Of a stretch of DNA of 64,000 nucleotides, positions 28,242 through 37,572 are shown piece after piece. Source of the stretch: an uncultured Gemmatimonadales bacterium (GTDB lineage: Bacteria; Gemmatimonadota; Gemmatimonadetes; Gemmatimonadales; Gemmatimonadaceae); contig OY969695.1 in assembly GCA_963701965.1 (NCBI GenBank), forward strand, positions 3,488,001 through 3,552,000. The letters are read 5' to 3'. The position numbers and the translations under genes were made by a program. The notes under the pieces are model-generated. The model ran no database searches, was not told the origin of the DNA, and worked only from the letters and a program-made list of their open reading frames with translations. The first letter of the stretch is position 1, and each line of letters begins with the position of its first letter.

Positions 28242-30230
28242 CGATACGCTCGAAATTGATGCTGGGGTTCGGGACGATCAGCGCGCTGTCGGTCGTCGTC
28301 GGCCTCGCGGGACTCTGGAGTCTGCGCGCCGCCAACCGGTCGACCGAGATCATCGCGCGCCAACGGATGCCGGCGGCCGTCGCCGTGCTGGAGGTCCTGG
28401 CCGGGAGCCGCACGATCGAGCGCGATCTCCGGCAGAGCGTCCTCGCCCGGTCGCCCGCCGAGACGCGGATGTGGGAGCGCAGCATTGGCGGCGCCGAGAC
28501 CATGGAAGCCGCGGCCATGCGGGAGCTCGACAGCCTGCGCCTCTCGTCCGAGGGGATGGCCAAGCTGAAGGAGCTCCGTCAAGCGCTGGCGGTCGACGCG
28601 CCGTTTGAGCAGCGGATCGCCGTGGCCAGCGGCGCCGGACACGCCGACCTGGCCCGCGAGATCATCTTCGGCGCCGACTACACGGCCGCCGCGGCGGCGG
28701 TCAATGATCGGGCGCTGGAGCTGGTCGCCATCATTAAAGCCCACTCCGACGCCATCATCGCCCAGGATCGAGCGCGCGGCCACCCAGGCGTCGACGCTGG
28801 TCCTCATCGTCTTGGCCGTCGTGGTGGCGTTGGGTGTAGGGATCGCGGCGATCCTCTCGCGACGGTTCACGCTCACCGTCCGCGAGATTCTCGACCGCGC
28901 CGACCGCCTCAGCGAGAATTGCGTCGCCAGTTTGAACAGCGGTCTGGAGCGCTTGGCGGTGGGAGATCTCACCACCCAGCCGGAAGCGACCACGCCGCCG
29001 ATCGTCGTCCACGGCACCGACGAGTTGAGCCAGCTCGCGACGCGCATGAACCAGATCATTCAGCGCACGCAGTCCACGCTGCGGAGCTTCGGAACGGCGC
29101 AAGACGTCGTGCGCCGTCTCATCGCCGAGATGGAGATGCTGCGCGTGGCGGGCACCGAGGGCAAGCTGTCCACGCGCGGCGCCGCCGACTCCTATGCCGG
29201 CGCCTTCCGCAATGTGATCGCGGGGGTGAACGCGACGTTGGAAGCGGTCGTGGCGCCCATGCACGAGGCGGCCGCGGTGCTCGAAGGCATGGCCCAGCGC
29301 GATCTCACGGCGCACATGACGGGCGCCTACTCCGGCGATCACGCCATGATCAAGTACGCCCTCAACGCCACGCTCGACGAAGTGCGCCGCGCCATCGCGA
29401 CGATCGGCGAGCACGTCCAGATCCTGGCGTCGAGCTCCGAGGAGTTGTCGGCGGTGTCGGCCCAGTTGGGCGCGGCGGCCGAGGAGACGAGCCAGCAGAT
29501 GCGGGTCGTCTCGGGCGGTTCCGAACACGTCTCGGAGAGCGTCCAGACGGTGGCCGCGGGCACCGAGGAGATGACCGCCTCGATGCACGAGATCGCCAAG
29601 AGCGCCAACATCGCGGCACAGGTCGCGGCCCGCGGCGTCGGCGTCGCCACGGCGACCAACGCGACGGTCGTGAAGCTGGGCGAATCGAGCGCCGAGATCG
29701 GCAACGTGATCAAGGTCATCACGTCGATCGCCCAGCAGACGAACCTGCTGGCGCTCAACGCGACTATCGAGGCGGCGCGCGCGGGCGAGGCCGGAAAGGG
29801 CTTCGCGGTCGTGGCCAACGAGGTCAAGGAGCTCGCCAAGCAGACGGCCCAGGCGACCGAGGACATCAGCCGGCGGATCGTCGGACTCCAGGAGAACGCC
29901 CACGCGGCGGTCCAGGCAATCGGCGAGATCAACGCGATCATCACGCAGATCTCCGACATTCAAGGCGCCATCGCCAGCGCCGTCGAGGAGCAGACGGCGA
30001 CCACCAACGAGATGAGCCGGAACGTGACGGCGGCCGCGCGCGGCGCCGCCGAGATCGCGTCCAGCGTCTCGGGCGTGACCCAGGCGGTGGGCGAGACGAC
30101 CACGGGCGCGCAGCAGGCGCGCCGGTCGGCCGAAGAACTGTCGCGCATGGCGAACAGCCTGCGCGAGTTGGTGGCCCAATTCCGGTTGGGCGATGGCAGC
30201 CAACGCGCCATCCGGCGCGTCGCGGCCTGA
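28238..30230 (+). CDS. Methyl-accepting chemotaxis protein (one-base insertion near 28761-28763)
   Basis: TM1 and four-helix sensor in the frame of ORF 28238; TM2, HAMPs and signalling domain in the frame of ORF 28605..30230. Confidence 0.9.
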
Positions 30231-30237
30231 CGGCGGT

Positions 30238-32280
30238 ATGGACGACGTCCTGCGGGAGTTTCTGGTCGAGAGCATCGAAGGGCTCGACCAGCTCGACCGG
30301 AATCTGGTCGCGCTGGAGCAGCGACCGGGTGATGGCGAGCTGCTGGCGTCCATCTTCCGCTGCGTCCACACCATAAAGGGCACCTGCGGATTCCTCGGCT
30401 TTCCGATCCTCGAGTCGGTCGCCCACGCCGGGGAGAGCCTGCTCGCGCTCCTGCGCGATGGCACCGTGAGCCTGACGCCGGCCATCACCAATGGCCTGCT
30501 CCAGCTGGTCGACGCCATCCGGTCGATCCTGGGGCGGATCGAGTCGACGGGAAAGGAAGGGGCGATCGCCTACACCGATCTCATCGCCCTGCTCAGCCGG
30601 CTCCACTCCGGAGAGGCCGCGTCGGAGACAGTGGCTGGCGTCGCCGAGCCCGCCGATGGCCGGATGGCGTTGGCCGATACGACGGTCCGTGTCGACGTGA
30701 CGTTGCTCGACCGGCTCATGAACCTCGTCGGCGAGTTGGTCCTGGCCCGCAACCAGGTCTTGCAGTACACCGCGCGCACGAGCGACGCGACGTTCTTGCC
30801 GACGTCGCAGCGCTTGAATCTCATCACCAGCGAGCTCCAAGAAGGGGTGATGAAGACCCGCATGCAGCCGATCGGGAACGTGTGGGGCAAGTTCCCGCGC
30901 GTCGTACGCGACCTGGCGGTCGTCTGCGGCAAGCAGGTGGCGTTGGAGATGACGGGTGAGGACACGGAACTGGACCGCACGATCATCGAGGCGGTCAAGG
31001 ATCCGCTCACCCATATCGTCCGCAACAGCATCGATCACGGGATCGAGCTCCCCGCGGACCGCGTCGCCGCCGGCAAGCCTGCCGAGGGGCGGATCACCAT
31101 GCGGGCCTACCACGAGGGTGGGCAGGTCAACATCGAGATCGGGGACGACGGCGGGGGAGTGGACACCAATCGGGTGCGGAAGCGCGCGATCGAGCGCGGA
31201 TTGATCACGCCCGATCACGCCGCCCAGATGACCGAGCGTGAAGCGCTCGACATCATCTTCCAGCCGGGGTTCTCGACGGCCGCGCAGGTGAGCACGATAT
31301 CCGGCCGCGGGGTGGGGATGGATGTGGTGCGGACCAACATCGAGAGGATCGGCGGCACGGTGGACGTCGAGACGGTCGCCGGCCGGGGGTCGACGATCCA
31401 CATCAAGATCCCGTTGACGCTGGCCATCGTGCCGGCGCTGGTCGTCACCTGCGCCGGCGATCGCTACGCCATTCCCCAGGTCAATCTCGTCGAGCTGGTC
31501 CGGAGCGCGCGGGCCGTCGAGATGGTGCACGGCGCTCCGGTGTACCGGCTCCGCGGCCGCCTGCTGCCCCTCGTCTGGCTGAACGAAGCCTTGGGCGATC
31601 CCATCGCCGCCCGGCACGCCGAACGGCAGGTCGAGACGATCGTCGTGCTCCGCGCGGGCGAGAGCGTGTTCGGGGTCGTGGTCGATGAGGTGAATGACAC
31701 CGAGGAGATCGTCGTCAAGCCGCTCGGGAAGATGCTCAAGGGCATTCCCCTGTTCGCTGGTGCCACGATCATGGGGGACGGCGGCGTGGCGCTCATCCTC
31801 AATGTGGTCGGGCTGGCGCAACAGGCGCACGTCGTGTCGGGCCCGCGCGAACGCGCCCGGGCCGATGCGAAAGGGGAGCGGCTCACGACCGACCCGCGAC
31901 AGACGCTGCTCATCCTCGGGTTGGGAACCGATCGCCGGCTGGCGGTCCCGCTGTCCGCGGTGGCGCGCCTCGAGCAGCTCCCCCGCGGCACGGTCGAACG
32001 CGCCGGCTCCGCCGAGGTGGTGCAGTACCGCGGGAATATCCTCACGCTGTTGCGGCTCTCCACCCTACTCGGCGTCCGCAGTGAAGAGCAGCTCGATCAA
32101 CCGCTCCAGGTCGTGGTCTACGCCGGCCACGGGCGGCCGTTCGGGCTCGTCGTGGATGGCATCGTCGACATCGTCGAAGAAGTGGTCACCGTCCACGAAC
32201 ATGGCCGCGCCGTGATTCAGGAGCGGGTGACGGAGCTCATCGACGTGGAGCGTCTGGTCCGCGCGGCGGAGGCGGCATGA
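30238..32280 (+). CDS. cheA: Chemotaxis histidine kinase CheA (no P2 domain, two CheW-like domains)
   Basis: IFRCVHTIKG, LMNLVGELVLARN, DPLTHIVRNSIDHGIE, SGRGVGMDVV, PLTLAI. Confidence 0.97.
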   Translation: MDDVLREFLVESIEGLDQLDRNLVALEQRPGDGELLASIFRCVHTIKGTCGFLGFPILESVAHAGESLLALLRDGTVSLTPAITNGLLQLVDAIRSILGRIESTGKEGAIAYTDLIALLSRLHSGEAASETVAGVAEPADGRMALADTTVRVDVTLLDRLMNLVGELVLARNQVLQYTARTSDATFLPTSQRLNLITSELQEGVMKTRMQPIGNVWGKFPRVVRDLAVVCGKQVALEMTGEDTELDRTIIEAVKDPLTHIVRNSIDHGIELPADRVAAGKPAEGRITMRAYHEGGQVNIEIGDDGGGVDTNRVRKRAIERGLITPDHAAQMTEREALDIIFQPGFSTAAQVSTISGRGVGMDVVRTNIERIGGTVDVETVAGRGSTIHIKIPLTLAIVPALVVTCAGDRYAIPQVNLVELVRSARAVEMVHGAPVYRLRGRLLPLVWLNEALGDPIAARHAERQVETIVVLRAGESVFGVVVDEVNDTEEIVVKPLGKMLKGIPLFAGATIMGDGGVALILNVVGLAQQAHVVSGPRERARADAKGERLTTDPRQTLLILGLGTDRRLAVPLSAVARLEQLPRGTVERAGSAEVVQYRGNILTLLRLSTLLGVRSEEQLDQPLQVVVYAGHGRPFGLVVDGIVDIVEEVVTVHEHGRAVIQERVTELIDVERLVRAAEAA

Positions 32281-32690
32281 GCCAGTACTGCACGTTTTTC
32301 GTCGACGGTCTCTTCTTCGGCGTCAATGTATCCCGGGTGCAGGAAGTGATCCGGTACCAACGGGTCACGCGCGTACCATTGGCCCCGGCCATCGTCGAAG
32401 GCTTGATCAACCTCCGCGGCCAGATCGTGACCGCGGTCGATCTCCGGCGGCGCTTGGCGCGGCCGGCGCGCGAAGCCGGGGCGCTCCCCACCAACGTGAT
32501 CGTGCGCGTCGACGACGGCACGGTCAGCTTTTTGGTCGATGAGATCGGCAATGTCGTCGAAGTCGACGCCTCCACGTTCCAACCGCCGCCCGAGACTTTG
32601 CCGGATGTCGCGCGCGAGTTGATTCCGGGCACTCACACCCTGCCGGATCGTCTGTTGCTGATTCTGGAACCGGAACAGGTCGTTCGCTGA
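32277..32690 (+). CDS. cheW: Chemotaxis coupling protein CheW
   Basis: VQEVI...TRVPLAPAIVEGLINLRGQIVTAVDLR. Confidence 0.97.
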   Translation: MSQYCTFFVDGLFFGVNVSRVQEVIRYQRVTRVPLAPAIVEGLINLRGQIVTAVDLRRRLARPAREAGALPTNVIVRVDDGTVSFLVDEIGNVVEVDASTFQPPPETLPDVARELIPGTHTLPDRLLLILEPEQVVR

Positions 32691-33061
32691 TGCGCGCGCT
32701 CATTGTCGACGACTCCCGCACGATTCGCGTGGTCGTCGGTCGCATCATGCAAGAGCTCGGCTTCGAAGTCATGGAAGCCGCCAACGGACAAGAGGCGCTC
32801 GATCTGCTGGCCGCGAATCGGGCGCCGGACGTCGTGCTGGCCGACTGGAACATGCCCGTCGTGAACGGCTACGAGTTGCTGTGCCGGTTGCGCGCGGATG
32901 CCCGGTGGCGAACGCTGCCGATCGTCATGGTGACGACCGAGACCGACATGCACATGATGGTTCGCGCGCTCGAGGCGGGCGCCAACGAGTACATCATGAA
33001 GCCCTTCACGCAAGACGTCATCCGCGAGAAGCTCGACCTGCTGCAGCTCTCGCCGTCGTAG
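32690..33061 (+). CDS. cheY: Chemotaxis response regulator CheY
   Basis: Single REC domain: IVDDS, DWNMP, MVTTE, YIMKPF. Confidence 0.93.
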   Translation: MRALIVDDSRTIRVVVGRIMQELGFEVMEAANGQEALDLLAANRAPDVVLADWNMPVVNGYELLCRLRADARWRTLPIVMVTTETDMHMMVRALEAGANEYIMKPFTQDVIREKLDLLQLSPS

Positions 33062-33068
33062 GATCCCG

Positions 33069-34124
33069 GTGTCCCGCATCCGGGTCCTCGTCGTCGACAA
33101 TGCGGTCGTCGTCCGCCGCATGCTGTCCGACGTGCTCGGCGCCGACGAGGCGATCGAGGTCGTGGGCGTGGCGGCCAACGGGCACATCGCGCTCCTCAAG
33201 ATTCCGCATGTGGCGCCCGATTTGGTCGTGCTCGACGTCGAGATGCCGGAGTTGGACGGCCTGGCCACGCTGACGGAGATCCGGAAGACGCAGCCGCGGC
33301 TGCCGATCGTGATGTTCAGCACCACGACTGAGCGCGGCGCGGTGGCCACGCTGGACGCGCTGGCCCGTGGCGCCACGGACTATGTCACGAAGCCGAGCTA
33401 CACAGGGAGCGCCGCCGAGGCCCAGCAGCGCATCCGCGAACAGCTCATTCCGAAGATCAAGGCCCTGTGCGGGCGATCGACGGTCGCGCGCCCCGGGCCG
33501 GAGCGGCCGCCGCCCCTCCGGCCCGCGCGCTCACTGGGCGGCCCGGTCGACGTGGTGGCCATCGGCGTCTCGACCGGGGGACCCAACGCGCTGGCGCAGA
33601 TCATTCCGGCGCTCACGGCGGACATTCCAGTGCCGATCCTGATCGTGCAGCACATGCCGCCAATGTTCACGGCGCTCCTCGCCGAACGGCTCGCGGCGCA
33701 GGCGGCGATCCCGGTGGTCGAAGCCGTGGACGGGATACCGGTGGATCCGGGTTGTGCCTACATCGCGCCGGGCGACTATCACCTGCTGGTGGAGCGTACG
33801 GCGGCGGGCGTGGTGCTCCGGACGCAGCAGGGGGCCCCGGAGAATTCCTGTCGCCCCTCGGTCGATGTCCTGTTCCGCTCCTGCGCCGCGGTTTGGGGGA
33901 ACGCGGTCCTGGGCGTCGTCCTCACCGGCATGGGCCAGGATGGGGTGCGGGGGTCCCAGGCCATCGTCGAGGCCGGGGGCCGCGTAGTGGCTCAGGACGA
34001 AGCGACCTCGGTCGTGTGGGGGATGCCAGGATTCGTCGCCGCGGCGGGGTTGGCCGAGGCGATCCTCCCGCTGCCGCAGATCGCCGCCGATATCACCCGT
34101 CGGGCACTCGCGCTATGGCGGTAA
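33069..34124 (+). CDS. cheB: Chemotaxis methylesterase CheB
   Basis: REC domain plus GVSTGGP, VQHMP, RPSVDVLF, LTGMGQDG, VWGMP. Confidence 0.97.
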   Translation: MSRIRVLVVDNAVVVRRMLSDVLGADEAIEVVGVAANGHIALLKIPHVAPDLVVLDVEMPELDGLATLTEIRKTQPRLPIVMFSTTTERGAVATLDALARGATDYVTKPSYTGSAAEAQQRIREQLIPKIKALCGRSTVARPGPERPPPLRPARSLGGPVDVVAIGVSTGGPNALAQIIPALTADIPVPILIVQHMPPMFTALLAERLAAQAAIPVVEAVDGIPVDPGCAYIAPGDYHLLVERTAAGVVLRTQQGAPENSCRPSVDVLFRSCAAVWGNAVLGVVLTGMGQDGVRGSQAIVEAGGRVVAQDEATSVVWGMPGFVAAAGLAEAILPLPQIAADITRRALALWR

Positions 34125-34984
34125 CCAGTCTCGAATTTGCCTTCGTGCGCGATCTCATGCGCGAGCGCGCGGGGGTCGTGCTCGAGCCGGGCAAGGAGTA
34201 TCTGATCGAGTCGCGGCTGGCGTCGGTCGCCCGCAGCGAGGGCTTCGCGTCGCTGCAGGAGTTGATCAGTCGTCTCCGGTCGCGCCCCACCGACCAACTC
34301 CGCCTGCGGGTCGTCGAGGCGATGGTCACGAACGAGACAAGCTTCTTCCGCGACCTGCACCCGTTCGAGGCGCTCCGGACGACGGTCATCCCCGAGCTCA
34401 AGCGCCGCCGCGCCGCCGACCGGCGGCTCGTCGTGTGGTCGGCGGCGGCGTCGACGGGACAGGAGCCGTACAGCATCGCCATGATTCTCGCGGACCTGGG
34501 GCTCCGCGAGGCAGGATGGACGGTCGACGTCCTCGCGACCGATCTCTCGACCGAAGTGTTGGCCCGCGCCGCAACCGGCGTGTTCACGCAGCTGGAGGTG
34601 AACCGCGGGCTGCCGGCGTCATTGCTGGTGAAGTACTTCACCAAGGAAGGGGGCGCCACCTGGCGTATCGCCAGTGCTGTGCGCGATATGGTCCAATTCT
34701 CCGCGCTCAATCTCGCGGGCCCGTGGCCGTCGCTCCGCGTCCCCGACATCGTCTTCATGCGCAACGTCCTGATCTACTTCGAGACGGAGACGAAGCGCGA
34801 CATTCTGGGACGGGTGCGCCGGCTCATGCGGCCCGACGGGTATCTCTTCCTGGGCGGCGCCGAGACGACCCTCAATCTCGACGACGGCTACGATCGGGAG
34901 CCGATCGGCAAGACGGCGTGCTACCGTCCGCGTCCTAAAGGCGAAGCAGGACATCCCGCAATGCGCGCGCCCGGGACCGGCTGA
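34115..34984 (+). CDS. cheR: Chemotaxis methyltransferase CheR
   Basis: TNETSFFRD, WSAAASTGQEPYSIAM, RNVLIYF, GYLFLG. Confidence 0.97.
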   Translation: MAVTSLEFAFVRDLMRERAGVVLEPGKEYLIESRLASVARSEGFASLQELISRLRSRPTDQLRLRVVEAMVTNETSFFRDLHPFEALRTTVIPELKRRRAADRRLVVWSAAASTGQEPYSIAMILADLGLREAGWTVDVLATDLSTEVLARAATGVFTQLEVNRGLPASLLVKYFTKEGGATWRIASAVRDMVQFSALNLAGPWPSLRVPDIVFMRNVLIYFETETKRDILGRVRRLMRPDGYLFLGGAETTLNLDDGYDREPIGKTACYRPRPKGEAGHPAMRAPGTG

Positions 34985-35711
34985 CCGGGATCTGCTGGCG
35001 GTTGGCCAGCGTCACCACGTACGTCCCGCCGGGCATCGGACTGACCCGCTGCACGACGTCGAGATTGACGATGGCGCCGCGGGAGAGCCGGATGAACCGG
35101 GTGGGGTCGAGCCGCGCTTCGAGATCTTTGAGCCGATAGCTGATCGTGTGGCGCTCGCCGTTGGCGGCGGTCAGGTGCAACAGCTCGCCATCGGCGACGA
35201 TCGACACGATCTGGTCGACGGCCAGAATGATGGTGTCTTCGCGGCGCCGGACGGGGATGCGACGCAGATATTCGCCGCGGGGCGCGCCCCGGTCGTAGGC
35301 GATGACGGCTTCGCGCAAACGGTCGGCCTGCACCGTCTGGTACTCGGTCTCCTCCATCCGCTGCCGGGCCCGCGCCAGCGTCAGCGCGAGGCGCGCGGGC
35401 TCGACGGGCTTGAGGAGATAGTCAATGGCGCTCAGCTCGAAGGCTTGCACCGCGTACTCGTCGTACGCGGTCACGAACGCCACGAGGGGCATCCAATGCG
35501 GGTCAATGAGGCGCACGACGGCGATGCCGTCGACCTCCGGCATCTGGAGATCGAGCAGCGCCAGATCCGGCCGCAAGCGCTCGATCGCCGCCACGGCCTC
35601 GGCGCCGCCGGCGGCTTCGCCGACGAGCTCCACGTTCCCCAACGACCGCAGCGTGTTGGCGAGGAACGCGCGGGCGGGCCGCTCATCGTCAGCGATCAGG
35701 ACGCGCAGCAC
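34935..35711 (-). CDS. LytTR-family response regulator
   Basis: ADDE...LDLQMP...FVTAYDEYAVQAF...DYLLKP, then LEARLDPTRFIRLSRGAIVN...IPVSRS. Confidence 0.95.
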   Translation of the reverse strand: MLRVLIADDERPARAFLANTLRSLGNVELVGEAAGGAEAVAAIERLRPDLALLDLQMPEVDGIAVVRLIDPHWMPLVAFVTAYDEYAVQAFELSAIDYLLKPVEPARLALTLARARQRMEETEYQTVQADRLREAVIAYDRGAPRGEYLRRIPVRRREDTIILAVDQIVSIVADGELLHLTAANGERHTISYRLKDLEARLDPTRFIRLSRGAIVNLDVVQRVSPMPGGTYVVTLANRQQIPVSRSRARALRDVLLRL

Positions 35712-35716
35712 GGCGC

Positions 35717-37549
35717 CTATCCGGCCTTACGCCCGGCACGCGCCGGATCGGCCGGCATCCGGATCTCGACGGTCGTGCCGACGTCGGGCGCGCTCCGGAC
35801 GGCGAGCGTCGCGATATCGCCGTAGTAGTGGCGAAGCCGCGACTCGACGTTGCTCAGCCCAATGCCCCGCGCCCGGCGCCGAGACAGGTCGTCGGGCGAG
35901 ACGCCCACACCCGTGTCGACCACGGTCACGACCAGCATCTCCACGGGTTTCGCGCGATCGATACGCGCCGATATCACCAACCGCCCGCCATCCTTGCGCG
36001 GCGTGATGCCGTGTTTGACGGCGTTTTCCACCAGCGGCTGCACCAGCAACGGCGGCAGTTGCGCCGCGGTCAACGCATCGGGCACATCGATCGTCACCGA
36101 AAGGCGCTCCTCGAATCGCGCGCCTTCGATCGCCAGGTACGACCGAATGATCTCCAGCTCGTCGCCCAGCGTCGCCAGCTCGCCGTCCGAGCGCCGGAGC
36201 ACGGCGCGCAAGAGACCCGTGAGACGAAACAGCGTCTCCATGGCCCGCTGCGGCGCGGTCTCCATGAGGTAGCCGATGGTCGTCAGCGCGTTGAACAGAA
36301 AATGGGGATTGAGCTGGGCCCGGAGCGCCGTGAGCTGGGCCTCGGTGGCCAGCTGCAGGATCTCGCGCTCCCGCAGGTCCCGTCCGTAGCGTTCGCGGGC
36401 GACGCGCACGGCGTCGATGCGCCGCGCGGCGAGGAGCCCAATGCCCTCGAGCATGGCGGTGTCGTCCGACAGGAGCCGCCGGCCGCCGGAGAGTCCCCCC
36501 ACGATAATCGCGTACGTGGGCGCGTCGGAGGTCGGCACGCTCGCGTCCGCCGATGCCCCGCCATCGGCCACGCGCCAGGTCACGTGTTTGGCCGACAGCG
36601 TCGATTGGAGGGCGTCGCAGATGGCGTCGAGAATGGCCGATTCGGCGTCGAGGGCCGCGATGCGCGTGGCGATCGCCTCGCGCAACTGACGATAATCGCC
36701 ACGCCGCAGGATCAACCGGTCGACGACGCCATGAATCCCCCGCCGGAGTCGTGGGTACGCCAGCGCCGTCGCCACCCACAGGGCGACGAACACCGCCGCC
36801 GAATCGGGTGAATAGGGTGCGGGGACCAGCCGGTAGAGGCCAAGAGCCAACAGCAGCAGCGCGACGAACGTGAGCGCGCGTTTGAGAAAGAGGTCGGCCA
36901 GCGCGAACCGATAGTCCTGATAGAGAATGACGAGTGCCAGCGGGAGCGACGCGTGATGGCCGACCAACTCCGTCGCCCAGGAGTCGGCGGCCGCGTGTTG
37001 GCTCAGGTGCAGCGCCATGACGGCGAACGCCGCCAGGGCGACGGCGGACAACGCCCGGCGCCAACCCGGCTGTCGCCGGGCGTACACGATGAGCGCGCCG
37101 ATGAGAATGGCGTAACCGACCGTGAGGGTGACCAGCGCCGCCCGCGACGGCAGTGCGCCGCCGCGTTCGGCATCGAGCAGTTGCAGCGCGCCCGCGATCG
37201 CGCTCAACCCGTACGCGGCCGACACCAGCGCGGCACCGCCCGCGCGCCGCCCGGCCGACTGCACCGCGGAGTGGACGACGACCGCGGGCAGGAATCCCAA
37301 CGCCGTGAAGGCGAGAGCGACGACCCAGGGCCAGGCCCGGGGCAGGGGGGCCGGCAAGCCGAAGTCGTGCAGGCCGTAGATGATGAGGGCCACCGAGTTC
37401 CACAGCAGTCCCAGGATCGCCGTGGCCAATGGGATGCGATCGCCGCCCGCGCGCTCCTGCAGCGTCATGACCGCCAGCATCGCGTAGAGCACCACCCCCG
37501 CGAGGAACCCTACGAGGTGGACGAGGGTGGTGGTGTCGTTTGGCGTCAC
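35717..37549 (-). CDS. LytS/YehU-type sensor histidine kinase with multi-TM N-terminus
   Basis: LRAQLNPHFLFNAL, YLAIEGARF, QPLVENAVKHG, GIGLSNV; multiple N-terminal TM helices and a GAF-like segment. Confidence 0.95.
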   Translation of the reverse strand: MTPNDTTTLVHLVGFLAGVVLYAMLAVMTLQERAGGDRIPLATAILGLLWNSVALIIYGLHDFGLPAPLPRAWPWVVALAFTALGFLPAVVVHSAVQSAGRRAGGAALVSAAYGLSAIAGALQLLDAERGGALPSRAALVTLTVGYAILIGALIVYARRQPGWRRALSAVALAAFAVMALHLSQHAAADSWATELVGHHASLPLALVILYQDYRFALADLFLKRALTFVALLLLALGLYRLVPAPYSPDSAAVFVALWVATALAYPRLRRGIHGVVDRLILRRGDYRQLREAIATRIAALDAESAILDAICDALQSTLSAKHVTWRVADGGASADASVPTSDAPTYAIIVGGLSGGRRLLSDDTAMLEGIGLLAARRIDAVRVARERYGRDLREREILQLATEAQLTALRAQLNPHFLFNALTTIGYLMETAPQRAMETLFRLTGLLRAVLRRSDGELATLGDELEIIRSYLAIEGARFEERLSVTIDVPDALTAAQLPPLLVQPLVENAVKHGITPRKDGGRLVISARIDRAKPVEMLVVTVVDTGVGVSPDDLSRRRARGIGLSNVESRLRHYYGDIATLAVRSAPDVGTTVEIRMPADPARAGRKAG

Positions 37550-37572
37550 GCGTCGGCTCCCGCCTACATGGG

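Noticed and set aside
27660..30030. Near-identical DNA between the two MCP genes
   Set aside because: Ordinary conservation of the MCP signalling hairpin, not a mobile repeat.
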